Source of the DNA: a candidate division WWE3 bacterium RIFOXYB1_FULL_43_24
Lineage (GTDB): Bacteria; Patescibacteriota; WWE3; UBA101185; UBA10185
Length of the DNA: 64,000 nt
Direction of reading: 5' to 3'
NCBI GenBank assembly: GCA_001773135.1
Contig: MEVX01000008.1
Coordinates: forward strand, 25,992 to 89,991
The notes under the pieces are model-generated. The model searched no databases. It was not told the origin of the DNA and was given only the letters and a program-made list of their open reading frames with translations. Shown here piece by piece: positions 18,958 to 29,768 of the stretch; position 1 is the first letter of the stretch, and each line of letters begins with the position of its first letter. The translations under genes and the position numbers were made by a program.

Positions 18958-20214
18958 ATGCCCAAAGAAAAGATAATAACAGGAATAGACGTAGGTTCCA
19001 CCAAAGTAGGTACTACTATTGCTTCGGTGTCCGAATCCAGAGTTTCGGTAATTGGCGTATCGGGGGAGGTCCCGTCTAAAGGCGTAAATAAGGGAAATGT
19101 TGTCGACATAGACAGCGCCGTAGAAGCAATCGCCGCCAGTATTGAGAAAGCGGAGCGTATGGCGGGAGTTTCCGTATCCAGCGCCTTTGTTACCATAAAC
19201 GGAAGCCATGTTGAAACTTTAAATTCGCACGGTGTTGTTGCCGTTTCCCCCAATCAGACCGATGAAATTAGCAAGGAAGATGTTTCCCGCGTTATAGAGG
19301 CTGCCCAGGCAGTATCTTTGCCGTCCACGCGCCAGGTTATACACGTAATACCGCGTGATTTTTCAATTGATTCCCAGGAAGGTATAAAAGATCCTGTCGG
19401 CATGTCGGGAGTACGTTTAGAGGTGGAAACTAACATAATACACGGTGCTTCTATAGCGTTAAGAAATATTGCCCGGTGTGTAAACCAAGTAGGTGTAAAC
19501 GTTGAAGAGATGGTTTACGCGGGGCTCGCGTCCGCCGAGGCAGTTTTAACCGATACCGAAAAGGAATTGGGAACTTTGCTGGTAGATATTGGCGGGGGCA
19601 CTACTTCAATGATTGCTTTTTTGGACGGAAGCCCGGTGCATTCGGCGGTTTTGCCTATTGGGGGCAAACTCATCACCAGCGATTTGGCAATAGGGTTGAG
19701 GTCCCGTTTGGAGGACGCCGAAAGAATAAAAATAAGATTGAGTAACGAAGCTGTTCTATCAAGAAATAGTGATAACGTAAGGAAAGACGAGGATTTTGAT
19801 GTTTCTGAGTTCGGTCTTGAGATAGACAGATTACCCCGACAAATGCTTTATAAGATATTAGACGCCCGTCTTGAAGAAATATTCCGTCTCATCGCCCTTG
19901 AAATAACTAAAGTGAATTTAAACGGCAAACTTCCTGCAGGAGTGGTCGTAACGGGCGGCGGTGCTTTAACTGCAAATGTCGAAAGAAGTGCAAAAGTTAA
20001 TTTGAAAATGCCCGTAAGACTTGGAATTCCGAGAGGAGTGACCGGATTAATTGATGAAATTCAGGGTCCTTCATCTGCCGCCGGAGTCGGTGCTGTATTG
20101 TATGGTGTAAAGCTTTTCAGAGGTAGCCAGCTGTTGTCATTTGATGACAGACGGGGTAATATGAATAAAAGCTTTTCGAAGTTTGTTGACAAATTAAAAT
20201 CTTTCCTGCCCTAA
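18958..20214 (+). CDS. ftsA: Cell-division protein FtsA (actin-like ATPase)
   Basis: 418 aa. GIDVGSTKV phosphate-1 motif, VDIGGGTTS phosphate-2 motif and the VVTGGGA adenosine motif. Confidence 0.9.
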   Translation: MPKEKIITGIDVGSTKVGTTIASVSESRVSVIGVSGEVPSKGVNKGNVVDIDSAVEAIAASIEKAERMAGVSVSSAFVTINGSHVETLNSHGVVAVSPNQTDEISKEDVSRVIEAAQAVSLPSTRQVIHVIPRDFSIDSQEGIKDPVGMSGVRLEVETNIIHGASIALRNIARCVNQVGVNVEEMVYAGLASAEAVLTDTEKELGTLLVDIGGGTTSMIAFLDGSPVHSAVLPIGGKLITSDLAIGLRSRLEDAERIKIRLSNEAVLSRNSDNVRKDEDFDVSEFGLEIDRLPRQMLYKILDARLEEIFRLIALEITKVNLNGKLPAGVVVTGGGALTANVERSAKVNLKMPVRLGIPRGVTGLIDEIQGPSSAAGVGAVLYGVKLFRGSQLLSFDDRRGNMNKSFSKFVDKLKSFLP

Positions 20215-20255
20215 AAAAATTTAAATACCGAAAGTAAATTTGGTATAGTGTTGCA

Positions 20256-21443
20256 ATGCAAGTTAAACCTGAGATAGAACGCTTTGCAAAAATTCGAGTT
20301 GTCGGAGTCGGAGGTGCCGGCGGTAATGTAATAAACTCCATGATCGAGTCAAATCAGATCAGAGGTGTTGAATTCATTTCAATAAACACCGACGCTCAAG
20401 ATCTTTCAATAAATAAAGCAGTAATAAAGATACCCATTGGTCAGGAATTAACCCAAGGCTTAGGTGCGGGCTCAAATCCCGAAATTGGAAGAAAAGCAGC
20501 CGAAGAATCACTCGACCTTATAAAAAGCAACCTCGAGGGAGCTAATATGGTGTTCATTACTGCCGGTTTAGGCGGCGGAACAGGCACGGGAGCTTCCCCT
20601 ACCGTTGCGAGGATTGCCAAGGAGTCGGGTGCCCTTACTATTGGTGTTGTTACTAAACCGTTCAATTTTGAAGGAATACAAAGAATGAGGGCAGCAGACA
20701 GAGGGATGATGGAGCTAAGAAAAGAAGTTGACGCCTTAATCACCATACCCAACCAAAAACTATTAGAAGTTGCGGACGAAGACATGTCTATTATTGAAGC
20801 GTTTAGGCTATCGGACAGTGTTTTAAACCAGGGTGTGCAGGGAATTTCGGACCTTATCGTTATGCCCGGTTTGATCAACGTCGATTTCGCCGACGTTAAG
20901 ACAATTATGAAAGATGCCGGTACTGCTTTAATGGGCATAGGGATAGGTACAGGAGAAAATAGAGCCGAAGTTGCAGCCAAAGCAGCGATTTCCTCACCTT
21001 TGCTTGAACAATCGGTTGAAGGTGCCAAAGGCATACTTTTCAATATATCGGGTGGCCCGGATCTCACTATGAGGGAAGTAGATAGGGCAGCGAATATTAT
21101 CAGGGGAATAGCCGGAGAAGAGGCCGATATAATATTCGGAACTTCGATCGATGATGAACTGGCGGGGCAGCTAAAGATAACAGTAATTGCTACGGGATTT
21201 GAAGTTCCCGAAGAGGACGATTCGATGGCAGGATACGTGGAGAAGCACTACGGGCAGCCTTTGAGAAAAGACAAAACAGAAGTGCCGTTTCAACAAAACA
21301 TCCCCCAGACACCACAGGCTGAAACTCCCCCTGAAGATAAAAAACAGCCTAAGCTTCCTTCCGAAATGTGGAAACCCGATGACGCAGAAGACGAAGATTA
21401 CGGCACAGGTTTTGATATCCCCACTTTTTTAAGACAAAAGTGA
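20256..21443 (+). CDS. ftsZ: Cell-division GTPase FtsZ
   Basis: Tubulin signature GGGTGTG. The conserved C-terminal peptide DIPTFLR precedes the stop. Confidence 0.95.
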   Translation: MQVKPEIERFAKIRVVGVGGAGGNVINSMIESNQIRGVEFISINTDAQDLSINKAVIKIPIGQELTQGLGAGSNPEIGRKAAEESLDLIKSNLEGANMVFITAGLGGGTGTGASPTVARIAKESGALTIGVVTKPFNFEGIQRMRAADRGMMELRKEVDALITIPNQKLLEVADEDMSIIEAFRLSDSVLNQGVQGISDLIVMPGLINVDFADVKTIMKDAGTALMGIGIGTGENRAEVAAKAAISSPLLEQSVEGAKGILFNISGGPDLTMREVDRAANIIRGIAGEEADIIFGTSIDDELAGQLKITVIATGFEVPEEDDSMAGYVEKHYGQPLRKDKTEVPFQQNIPQTPQAETPPEDKKQPKLPSEMWKPDDAEDEDYGTGFDIPTFLRQK

Positions 21444-21509
21444 TTACGCATCTGATTACAGAAGTGATTACGCATCTGAATACAGAAGTGATTACGCATC
21501 TGATTACAG
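21438..21509. repeat. Three tandem copies of a 24-bp unit (AAGTGATTACGCATCTGATTACAG). Each unit holds two TGATTAC heptamers, giving six heptamers at 12-bp spacing. Copy 2 has one mismatch.
   Basis: Read directly. It starts inside the ftsZ stop codon and lies about 280 bp upstream of nrdJ. Confidence 0.8.
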
Positions 21510-21725
21510 AGGTAGTTCATTTGTACAAAAGGCAGGATGCTTTTGAGTACAAAAGTGCTTTTTTAGTAAAGAAATAGTGGATGTTCCGCAGCTACAACAA
21601 ATTAAAAAAACGTTCCCGCATAATAACAATCAAATATTGAGATACTACAACGTGCGTTTCCTTGTATCCTGAGTGATTTTTTGTTTTGATTTATATACTT
21701 AGTATTTATTTAGAATAGTCTTCTC

Positions 21726-24305
21726 GTGTTTCGGCAATCTTTGGATATGGGCAGTGAGAGATTGCCGGCTCGTGAGATAAAAAATAAACTTATGAGCAGT
21801 TTTCTCTATCGTGAGGATGGGTCGGTTTTTTCAAAGAATACGTCAATAGATTTTTCGGAGAACGCAAAAAAGATTTTGGAGAAGAGATATTTACGAAGGG
21901 ACTCAAACGGAGAGGTATTTGAGTCTCCTGAAGGGATGTTTGAGCGTATCGCAAATGTAGTAGCTGCGCCCGATGCTTCGTATACTGATATCGAGAAATC
22001 ACGTATAGAGTTTTATAATCTTTTATCTTCCAAAAAATTTTTCCCCAACTCGCCGACGTTTACAGGCGCAGGTACTCCGTTAGGTCAGTTGGCCGCCTGT
22101 TTTGTTTTACCCATCTCGGATGACTTGGGCAAGGAAAAAGATGGAATATTTTCTACACTGCGTGTTGCATCCCTCATACAGCAAAGTGGGGGAGGAAATG
22201 GTTTTTCGTTTTCGCGCCTGAGACCAAAAGGTTCCAGAGTTGCTGCAAGTAACGGGATAGCTACAGGACCTGTAGGATTTTTGAAGGTATACGACGCAGC
22301 TTTTGGTGAAATAGCTCAGGGTGGAGTAAGACGTGGTGCTAATATGGGAGTTTTGCGCGTGGACCACCCGGATATACGTGAGTTTATAGCGTGTAAGTCT
22401 GAAGAAGGGGCAGTTCAGAATTTTAATTTGTCCGTTGCTATCACCGACAAGTTTATGGAGGCTGTAAAAGACGACTCGACCTATGACTTGATAGACCCCC
22501 ATTCATTAAAGATAACCGAATCACCCAGAGCAAGAGAGATATTCGATTTGATTGTGGAGTGTGCACATAAAAATGGTGAACCGGGGGTTTTATTTATTGA
22601 TACCGCTAACAAGGAAAATCCTGTCCCCCATCTGTACCAGTTAGAGGCAACCAATCCCTGCGGAGAGCAGTGGTTAGGGCCTTATGAAAACTGTTGTTTG
22701 GGTTCAATAAACCTGGCAGAACACTTAAACGCAGACGGGAAGTTGGATTGGGAAGAACTGAAAAAAACGACAATATCAGCTACCCGTTTCCTTGAGAATG
22801 TTGTTGAGGTTAATAAGTACATTCCTGCAGTGCCTGAAATAAAAGAAGCGGCAATGGATGTGAGAAGGATCGGATTAGGATTTATGGCTTTGGCGGACGC
22901 GATGTACTCCATGGGTATCAGGTATGGCAGTGAAGAAGGACAGGAATTTGCAGCCCAAGTCTCCGAATTCATAAGGTACTACTCTATGAAGGCATCTATT
23001 GAGTTAGCAAAAGAAAGAGGTCCTTTTAGAAAAATACATGGGAGTATTTATGATCCTGAAAATCTAAAATGGGAACCCCCGAAGCCTATTAAAGAATATA
23101 AAAGAAATTTCGGCAGACCGTGGATCGATTGGGCTTCGGTTGTCGAAGGAATAAAATTGTACGGTATAAGAAACGGGGCACAGGCCACAATAGCTCCAAC
23201 AGGAACGATTTCTACGGTTGCGGGGGTCGAGGGGTACGGATGTGAACCGGTTTTTGCTCTTGCGTACTATAGAAATGTTTATCAGTCGGCGGGAAATGAA
23301 GGAAAGATGACTTTAGCATACGTTAGCCGGTTTTTTCAGAAAGCCTTAGACAGTTTAAATTTGTCTGACGAGTCGAGAAAATCAATAATAGATAAAGTAA
23401 TCGAGTCAGGAACTTGCAAAAATATATTGGAGTTGCCGGAGGCAGTAAGAAATACATTCGTTGTTTCAGCCGAAGTTACTCCTGAAGAACACATAATGAC
23501 GCAGGCTGCCATTCAGGCCTTTGTAGACAACTCAATCTCTAAAACCTGCAATTTTCCCGAAGGGGCGACGAAAGAGGATGTAGCAAAAGTATACGTTCTG
23601 GGTTGGGAAACCGGCTGTAAAGGTCTTACCGTTTACGTTACGGGGAGCAGACAAGAGGTAGTATTAGAAACGAAGTCTACGAAGGATCAGAAAGAAAACA
23701 AGGAAACAGCTGATCCGGTCAATAAAGAAATCTTACTGACCGATAAAGATAGACCGTCAGAAGAGATAACTATAAGGCGTGGATACAAATTGAGTGGAAC
23801 TACCTACAAAATGATTACCCCTCAGGGCAAAGCTTTTATAACAATAAATAAAAATACGGAAGGAAGGCCTTTGGAGGTGTTCCTTAACGTGGGGAAGGCG
23901 GGTAGTGATGTTTCGGCATTGGCCGAAGGACTAGGCAGGTTATTGTCGGGTTGGCTCCGTATGCCCCAATATAGCCTGGAGGTCGTGAGGGAGATTATAG
24001 TTCAGCTTGCAGGTATTGGAGGCTCAAAATCCATCGGTTTTGGTAAAAATAGGGTTAGTTCGTTGCCCGATGCTGTAGCTAAAGTGCTGGCGGAGGAATT
24101 TGGTTTCACCGTAAAAGAAAATGGAACTAAAGGATCTGAAGAAGGGCCCGAGTCCACCGAAGTGACGAATACCCGGGAAGAAGAGAAATTGGCACTTCCC
24201 CACTCGTTTACCAATACCGACATGTGTCCGGAGTGCGGGAATTACACTCTTGTGCTGGAAGAGGGGTGTGCAAAGTGTTACGAATGCGGCTATAGCAGGT
24301 GTTAG
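21726..24305 (+). CDS. nrdJ: Class II adenosylcobalamin-dependent ribonucleotide reductase (NrdJ)
   Basis: 859 aa. RNR active-site region (NPCGEQWL, a radical Cys finger) and the C-terminal zinc ribbon CPECG...CAKCYECG typical of monomeric class II enzymes. The start may be the downstream Met at about 21792. Confidence 0.9.
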   Translation: MFRQSLDMGSERLPAREIKNKLMSSFLYREDGSVFSKNTSIDFSENAKKILEKRYLRRDSNGEVFESPEGMFERIANVVAAPDASYTDIEKSRIEFYNLLSSKKFFPNSPTFTGAGTPLGQLAACFVLPISDDLGKEKDGIFSTLRVASLIQQSGGGNGFSFSRLRPKGSRVAASNGIATGPVGFLKVYDAAFGEIAQGGVRRGANMGVLRVDHPDIREFIACKSEEGAVQNFNLSVAITDKFMEAVKDDSTYDLIDPHSLKITESPRAREIFDLIVECAHKNGEPGVLFIDTANKENPVPHLYQLEATNPCGEQWLGPYENCCLGSINLAEHLNADGKLDWEELKKTTISATRFLENVVEVNKYIPAVPEIKEAAMDVRRIGLGFMALADAMYSMGIRYGSEEGQEFAAQVSEFIRYYSMKASIELAKERGPFRKIHGSIYDPENLKWEPPKPIKEYKRNFGRPWIDWASVVEGIKLYGIRNGAQATIAPTGTISTVAGVEGYGCEPVFALAYYRNVYQSAGNEGKMTLAYVSRFFQKALDSLNLSDESRKSIIDKVIESGTCKNILELPEAVRNTFVVSAEVTPEEHIMTQAAIQAFVDNSISKTCNFPEGATKEDVAKVYVLGWETGCKGLTVYVTGSRQEVVLETKSTKDQKENKETADPVNKEILLTDKDRPSEEITIRRGYKLSGTTYKMITPQGKAFITINKNTEGRPLEVFLNVGKAGSDVSALAEGLGRLLSGWLRMPQYSLEVVREIIVQLAGIGGSKSIGFGKNRVSSLPDAVAKVLAEEFGFTVKENGTKGSEEGPESTEVTNTREEEKLALPHSFTNTDMCPECGNYTLVLEEGCAKCYECGYSRC

Positions 24306-24320
24306 TGGTATTATCTTTCT

Positions 24321-24860
24321 ATGAAGCTTTATACAAAGGAAGGTGACGCCGGCACGTCCGCGCTTTTCGGCTCCAAAAAACGCTTACTTAAATCAAGACC
24401 GGTGTTTGAGATTTTGGGTCTTTCGGACGAGGTGAATGCTACACTAGGCTGCGCTTTGGTAACTCTGAAAAAATCCCGTGAAAGCGACATATTGCAGTCA
24501 GTTCAAGAAGATCTGTTTCTAATCGGTTCGTACGTGGCCGGGCTTAAGGTATCTCACCGGGATAGAGCTGATTGGGGTTTAAAAGTGAAGAATCTGGAAA
24601 GTGTGATAGACGAGTATTCCGCCAAGTTGCCCCCTTTAAAAGCTTTTATTATCCCGGGCGGCTCCGAAGCTTCTTCTCAGATACACTTAGCACGGGCAAA
24701 AGTCAGGTCTTTAGAAAGAAGCCTTGTATCCTACAAGGGCAGCCAGTCTTTAAAATTTCTTTTACCTTATGTAAACAGACTGTCGGACCTATTGTTTGTT
24801 TTGGCGCGGTATGTGAATATAAAACTTGGTAAGAAAGAGAAAATATGGAAGATAAAATAA
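24321..24860 (+). CDS. PduO-type ATP:cob(I)alamin adenosyltransferase
   Basis: 179 aa. The N-terminus TKEGDAGTSALFG matches the PduO/MMAB ATP-binding motif (T-K-x-G-D-x-G-x-T/S). It sits immediately downstream of the B12-dependent nrdJ. Confidence 0.8.
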   Translation: MKLYTKEGDAGTSALFGSKKRLLKSRPVFEILGLSDEVNATLGCALVTLKKSRESDILQSVQEDLFLIGSYVAGLKVSHRDRADWGLKVKNLESVIDEYSAKLPPLKAFIIPGGSEASSQIHLARAKVRSLERSLVSYKGSQSLKFLLPYVNRLSDLLFVLARYVNIKLGKKEKIWKIK

Positions 24861-25014
24861 TGAATAAAACCTACATATTTTTACTTATATTGCTCGTATT
24901 TATTATGACAGCCTTGGTGGGTCTTTTAGTTTACAGGGCCTACACTAACGATAGATTCTTTTCGGAGCAAGAATCTTTGGAAATGTCTGAAATCTGATAA
25001 AATTCTACTGTTCT

Positions 25015-27888
25015 ATGGATAAAAAGGAAAACTCACAACAAAATATTTCAATTCCCGAAATGGAGGAGGAAACTTTACAGTATTGGCTTCAGAACAAGAT
25101 TTTTGAAAAGTCAGTAGAAAATAAATCTAAAGAAAATTTGTATGTGTTTTACGACGGTCCCCCTTTTATTTCCGGGCTCCCGCATTATGGCCATCTTCTA
25201 GGTTCAATTGCCAAAGACATCATACCCAGGTACTGGACAATGAAAGGCAAAAGAGTCGAGAGAGTTTGGGGATGGGACGCTCACGGTTTAACCGTAGAAA
25301 ATAAAGTACAAAAAAAGCTGGGGATAAAAAATAGACGCGATTTCGAAGCATTCGGTTTAGAAAAATTTGCAGAAGAATGCTACAACTATACCCGCGAAGT
25401 TTCTGAAGAATGGGAATGGTACGTTAATAAAATCGGACGTTGGGTAGATTTAAAGAATGCATACAGAACTACCGATACAAACTATATGGAATCGGTAATG
25501 TGGACTTTTAAGCAACTGTACGACAAGGGACTGATATACGAAGGTATTCGTACATCTTTATATTGTACGAAGTGCGGAACCCCGGTTTCGAATTTCGAAA
25601 TAGCGATGGACAATTCATACAGAGATGTTGAGGATCCCGCTATCACAGTTAAATTTAAGATAACCACTGACGGTGAGTTTAAAGATGCCTTTGCTTTAGC
25701 CTGGACTACCACTCCTTGGACCATACCTTCAAACCGGGCTTTAGTAGTCGATAAGAACGCTGATTATAACGTTGTAGAAAGCGGTGGTACTAGTTATATT
25801 ATTGCGGAAGCCCGTAATGACAGCGTTTTATCGGGGTCTGATTACAGGGTACTTAAAAAAATAAAAGGCGCTGAATTAATGGGTTTGAAGTATGAGCCCC
25901 CTTTTAGGTACTACATTTCAAAGGAGGGTGAGTTCGAAATATATCATTACGACGGAATGGTGAGCATGGAAGAGGGCACAGGCATAGTTCACAGTGCTCC
26001 GGGATTTGGTGAAATCGATTCAGAGATGGGGAAGCACTTTGGTCTTACTTTAATGCTTACAATAGATAATGATGGAAAGTTTTTGCCGGGCACGGAAAAA
26101 GAAAATCCATACACAGGAGTTTTTTACAAAGATGCTGATTCATCGTTAATAAACGATTTACTTGAATCAGGCCTATTATTTAAAAACGAAAAAGTTACTC
26201 ACAGATTTCCTTATCACGATAGGTGTGACACCTTATTGATTCAAAGAGCTCAGCAAAGTTGGTTTATAGATGTTGAGTCTCTTAAACCCAGGATGTCGGA
26301 GTTAAACGAGAAAATAAACTGGATACCCGAGCATTTAAAATACGGAAGGTTCGGACAAAATATTAATCAACAGCCGGACTGGTGTATTTCCAGAAATAGA
26401 TATTGGGCAACTCCCATGCCTGTGTGGGAATCTGAAGATGGTGATAGGATAGTAGCCTCTTCTGTTAAAGAAATCGAAGAATTGTCCGGGCAAAAAGTTG
26501 AAAATTTACACCGTCCCTACATCGACAAAATAGTAATCAAAAAGAACGGTAAAGAATACAAACGACGCGTGGAAGTTCTTGATTCCTGGCTTGACGCGGG
26601 ATCGATGCCGTGGGCGCAGATACACTATCCTTTCGATAATAAACAGAAGTTTGAATCCAACTATCCCGGAGATTACATAGTCGAGTATATTGCTCAAGTC
26701 AGGGCTTGGTTTAACGTGATGCACATACTCTCGACAGCTGTATTCGACTCAAATTCATTTACAAACGCTATATCTACCGGGATTATGGCCGGCTCTGATG
26801 GGAGAAAGATGAGCAAGACGTTTAACAATTATGCAGACCCGCGGCAGGTTCTTCAGGACTACGGAGGAGACGCATTACGACTATATTTAATGGGGTCTCC
26901 TTTAATGATGGGGGAAAATGCAAATTTCGAAGAGTCCGAATTAAGGACAAAATTAAGAAATGTACTAAACCCCCTTTGGAATTCAGCAAAATATTTTCAA
27001 ACGTATGCAACACCATCCAAATGGAGAGAGTCCGAGATTGTAAAATCAGACAACATATTGGATATTTGGGTCATGACCCGTCTCAACGAGGTAACTAAAG
27101 AAACTGCAATGAACATGGAACAGTATCACGTTCCTGCTGCGGTAAGGGTGCTCGAAGAATTCGTAGATGATCTCTCAAGATGGTACGTTCGAAGATCGCG
27201 GGAAAGAATATCGTCCGGAGACCAAGAGGCGTTAAGTACTTTATACACAGTTCTATTAAGCTTTTCTAAAGTATCTGCCCCGGCAATCCCGTTTATGTCA
27301 GAAAATATTTATAGAACACTTAACAAATTTTCTGCAGGAAATGCCCAAGAATCTGTTCATCTTGAAGATTTCCCCGAATACGACAACGACTTTATAGCGC
27401 TAAATCAAGGTTTACTGGAAGATATGAGAAAAGTTAGGGAGCTGGTTTCGTGCGGACTCTCGATTAGAAGTGATAGGAAAATTTCTGTTCGCCAACCGTT
27501 AGGAACCGTTGCAGTCTCAGGAATGGAAAAACTCCCCGAAGATTTATCTGCCCTTGTTTTGGACGAACTTAATGTTAAAGAGGTTCAGTACGTTAGTGAG
27601 GTGCCGTCAGCTTACGCTTCGGCGTCTTTCAACAGTATTGTTGTCGGTTTGGATACAAATATCACGGATGATTTGAAATACGAGGGTCTCTCGAGAGATT
27701 TTGTGAGAAAAGTACAGGAGTTAAGAAAAGAGGCGGGTTTAAAAGTCGGAGATATAATTGAAATTACGTATCCTTCTGATCCCGAAACGGTAAAAGTTAT
27801 AGAGCTGTACGGTCAGGAGATTGTTAAGAAAATACAGGCTTCAAAACTTGTAGTAGGCCCGGAGTTTTCAATCCGAAAAGTTAACTAA
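25015..27888 (+). CDS. ileS: Isoleucyl-tRNA synthetase, type 2 (eukaryote/archaea-like)
   Basis: 957 aa. The PPFISGLPHYGH form of the HIGH motif, KMSKT (KMSKS), and a large editing (CP1) insertion. Confidence 0.9.
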   Translation: MDKKENSQQNISIPEMEEETLQYWLQNKIFEKSVENKSKENLYVFYDGPPFISGLPHYGHLLGSIAKDIIPRYWTMKGKRVERVWGWDAHGLTVENKVQKKLGIKNRRDFEAFGLEKFAEECYNYTREVSEEWEWYVNKIGRWVDLKNAYRTTDTNYMESVMWTFKQLYDKGLIYEGIRTSLYCTKCGTPVSNFEIAMDNSYRDVEDPAITVKFKITTDGEFKDAFALAWTTTPWTIPSNRALVVDKNADYNVVESGGTSYIIAEARNDSVLSGSDYRVLKKIKGAELMGLKYEPPFRYYISKEGEFEIYHYDGMVSMEEGTGIVHSAPGFGEIDSEMGKHFGLTLMLTIDNDGKFLPGTEKENPYTGVFYKDADSSLINDLLESGLLFKNEKVTHRFPYHDRCDTLLIQRAQQSWFIDVESLKPRMSELNEKINWIPEHLKYGRFGQNINQQPDWCISRNRYWATPMPVWESEDGDRIVASSVKEIEELSGQKVENLHRPYIDKIVIKKNGKEYKRRVEVLDSWLDAGSMPWAQIHYPFDNKQKFESNYPGDYIVEYIAQVRAWFNVMHILSTAVFDSNSFTNAISTGIMAGSDGRKMSKTFNNYADPRQVLQDYGGDALRLYLMGSPLMMGENANFEESELRTKLRNVLNPLWNSAKYFQTYATPSKWRESEIVKSDNILDIWVMTRLNEVTKETAMNMEQYHVPAAVRVLEEFVDDLSRWYVRRSRERISSGDQEALSTLYTVLLSFSKVSAPAIPFMSENIYRTLNKFSAGNAQESVHLEDFPEYDNDFIALNQGLLEDMRKVRELVSCGLSIRSDRKISVRQPLGTVAVSGMEKLPEDLSALVLDELNVKEVQYVSEVPSAYASASFNSIVVGLDTNITDDLKYEGLSRDFVRKVQELRKEAGLKVGDIIEITYPSDPETVKVIELYGQEIVKKIQASKLVVGPEFSIRKVN

Positions 27889-27907
27889 TTGTGCTATAGT
27901 TATAGAT

Positions 27908-29239
27908 ATGAAAGATGTATACCTGTCACTTAATAACAATATTCTTAGGCTTACTCACATCGGTAAAGAAGGTTTAAAAACTTATTCCACACAGTTAGCT
28001 GAGGACATTGTTTCCGATACCAAGATATCCGATATTCAGCGTTACGCCGACGAAATTAAAAAAGGCATTTCTCAGATTACCAAAACCCTTCCTTCTAAAT
28101 TGAATCTTATTGTAATCACAGAACCCGAAGACACGATCCTAAGATTTATAATGGTAAATAAACGTGATGGGGACAAGCAGGAGCAGTTACTGAATGATAT
28201 GAAAGCTAAAATTACGGAAGCTCCTCTCGAGGATCTGTACTTTTCATATCAAAAAATAGCTCCGTTTCTATACCAGTTCATCGGTGTAAGAAAACCCTAC
28301 ATGGACAATTTATTGGAAGTGGCTTTTGCAGTAGGTATTTCACTTAAAAACGTCGTTCCCTGGTTATTGCTAATGCCTAAGTATGTGGGTACCAACGACC
28401 CCGCCGTTTTTATATGCAGGGTGGATGGAAGCCACGTAATGGCTTTGTCGGAACTAAATGGAATTTTCTACAGCGGAGTAAGTGATAAAGAAATTACCGC
28501 AGAACAGCTCGAGGGTTTCGTATCAGACCTATCGTTGTACAAGAAAAAAACACCGGTCAAAAAAGTGTACACCCTGAATTATCAGGACCTTGATGTTAAA
28601 GGTTTTGAGGTATCAGAAATAGGCATACCGCCTGTCAACAGCGAGTTCGAGGATGAATTTAAGGTCAACATGCTTGTGAACTACATGCTGGATACTGAGC
28701 CGGACATATCTTTCTGCCAGATGAACCTTCTAAACTTAATGCCCCTTCCTGTAGTTGTAAAAAGCAATAAAAGTTTGGTTTATGCCGGCGCGGCTTCGGT
28801 ACTTGTGGTAACAGGATTGCTTTCTTTCTTCCTTTTTTTCAATAAGGACGGCGGCTCTCAGGTCGCATCGAATAACCAGGATAACGTTTTGAGTGAGCAG
28901 ACCTCCCAGGAAGTTAACCAGGCTGCTGAACAACCCACTCCGGTGTTGGATAAAGCTGACTTAAAAATAAAAATATTAAACGGTTCGGGATTGAACGGGT
29001 TGGCCGCCAGAACAAAGACGCTCTTAGAGGAAAAAGGTTACACAATCGTCGATATCGACACAGCAGACGAAACCCGCGACGCAACGTTATTTAGGTTCAA
29101 AAAGGACAAACTGCCCTATAAAGACCTCATGCAGGGTGACACCGAGGATGCCTTCCCTGAAATTGTGGTGGAAGACACCTTACCGGATACCGAAGAGTTC
29201 GATGTGCTTATAGTAGCGGGTTCTACAAGCGAATTATAG
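27908..29239 (+). CDS. Membrane protein with a C-terminal LytR_C (LytR cell-envelope-related attenuator C-terminal) domain
   Basis: 443 aa: cytoplasmic N-domain, one TM (LVYAGAASVLVVTGLLSFFLFF), then C-terminal KIKILNGSGLNGLAARTKTLLEEKGYTIVDIDTAD, typical of LytR_C. Confidence 0.6.
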   Translation: MKDVYLSLNNNILRLTHIGKEGLKTYSTQLAEDIVSDTKISDIQRYADEIKKGISQITKTLPSKLNLIVITEPEDTILRFIMVNKRDGDKQEQLLNDMKAKITEAPLEDLYFSYQKIAPFLYQFIGVRKPYMDNLLEVAFAVGISLKNVVPWLLLMPKYVGTNDPAVFICRVDGSHVMALSELNGIFYSGVSDKEITAEQLEGFVSDLSLYKKKTPVKKVYTLNYQDLDVKGFEVSEIGIPPVNSEFEDEFKVNMLVNYMLDTEPDISFCQMNLLNLMPLPVVVKSNKSLVYAGAASVLVVTGLLSFFLFFNKDGGSQVASNNQDNVLSEQTSQEVNQAAEQPTPVLDKADLKIKILNGSGLNGLAARTKTLLEEKGYTIVDIDTADETRDATLFRFKKDKLPYKDLMQGDTEDAFPEIVVEDTLPDTEEFDVLIVAGSTSEL

Positions 29240-29312
29240 GTATCCCCAAAGCGGCGATATGGCTGTTTGAAGGGAATTCTTGCCCAAACTTCAAAATTAG
29301 TGTAAGATTCCA

Positions 29313-29765
29313 ATGTTTTCTATGGATAAATACGCGATAATTAAAATAGGCTCAGCCCAATATAAAGTACATGAAGGGGAAACCCTGATTGTAGACAATC
29401 AAAACGGTAAAGTAGATTCCGAAGTTCTCCTTTTTTCCGACGGAAAAACCACAATTTTGGGCGATCCTATCGTAAAAGACGCTCACGTGAAACTCAAAAT
29501 TTCAGGAGCCTTAAGAGGCGACAAAATCGTTGTAGGTAGGTTTAAATCTAAGTCAAGATACAGAAAAAACAGAGGATATAGAGATACTTTGACCGAGCTT
29601 TTAGTTGAAAAAATTGAGCTGGGTGGAAAAAAGGATGAAGAGGAAAAGAAAGTAGTTGAAACTCCAAAAAAGGTAGTGCACACCAAGCCCGCGAAAGTAG
29701 AGAAGAAAGTAGCTACCAAAAAGTCCGTAAAGACTAAAAAAGTGACAAAGAAAGAGACTAAATAA
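29313..29765 (+). CDS. rplU: 50S ribosomal protein L21 with a lysine-rich C-terminal extension
   Basis: YAIIKIGSAQYKVHEGETLIVD is an L21 N-terminus. The likely start is the second Met (MDKYAII at 29322). Confidence 0.9.
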   Translation: MFSMDKYAIIKIGSAQYKVHEGETLIVDNQNGKVDSEVLLFSDGKTTILGDPIVKDAHVKLKISGALRGDKIVVGRFKSKSRYRKNRGYRDTLTELLVEKIELGGKKDEEEKKVVETPKKVVHTKPAKVEKKVATKKSVKTKKVTKKETK

Positions 29766-29768
29766 ACT

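Noticed and set aside
21520-21725. Looked for a cobalamin riboswitch or NrdR boxes upstream of nrdJ
   Set aside because: No B12-box-like element (consensus rAGYCMGgAgaCCkGCc) and no paired NrdR boxes were recognisable by eye. Only the TGATTAC array and an AT-rich leader are present.
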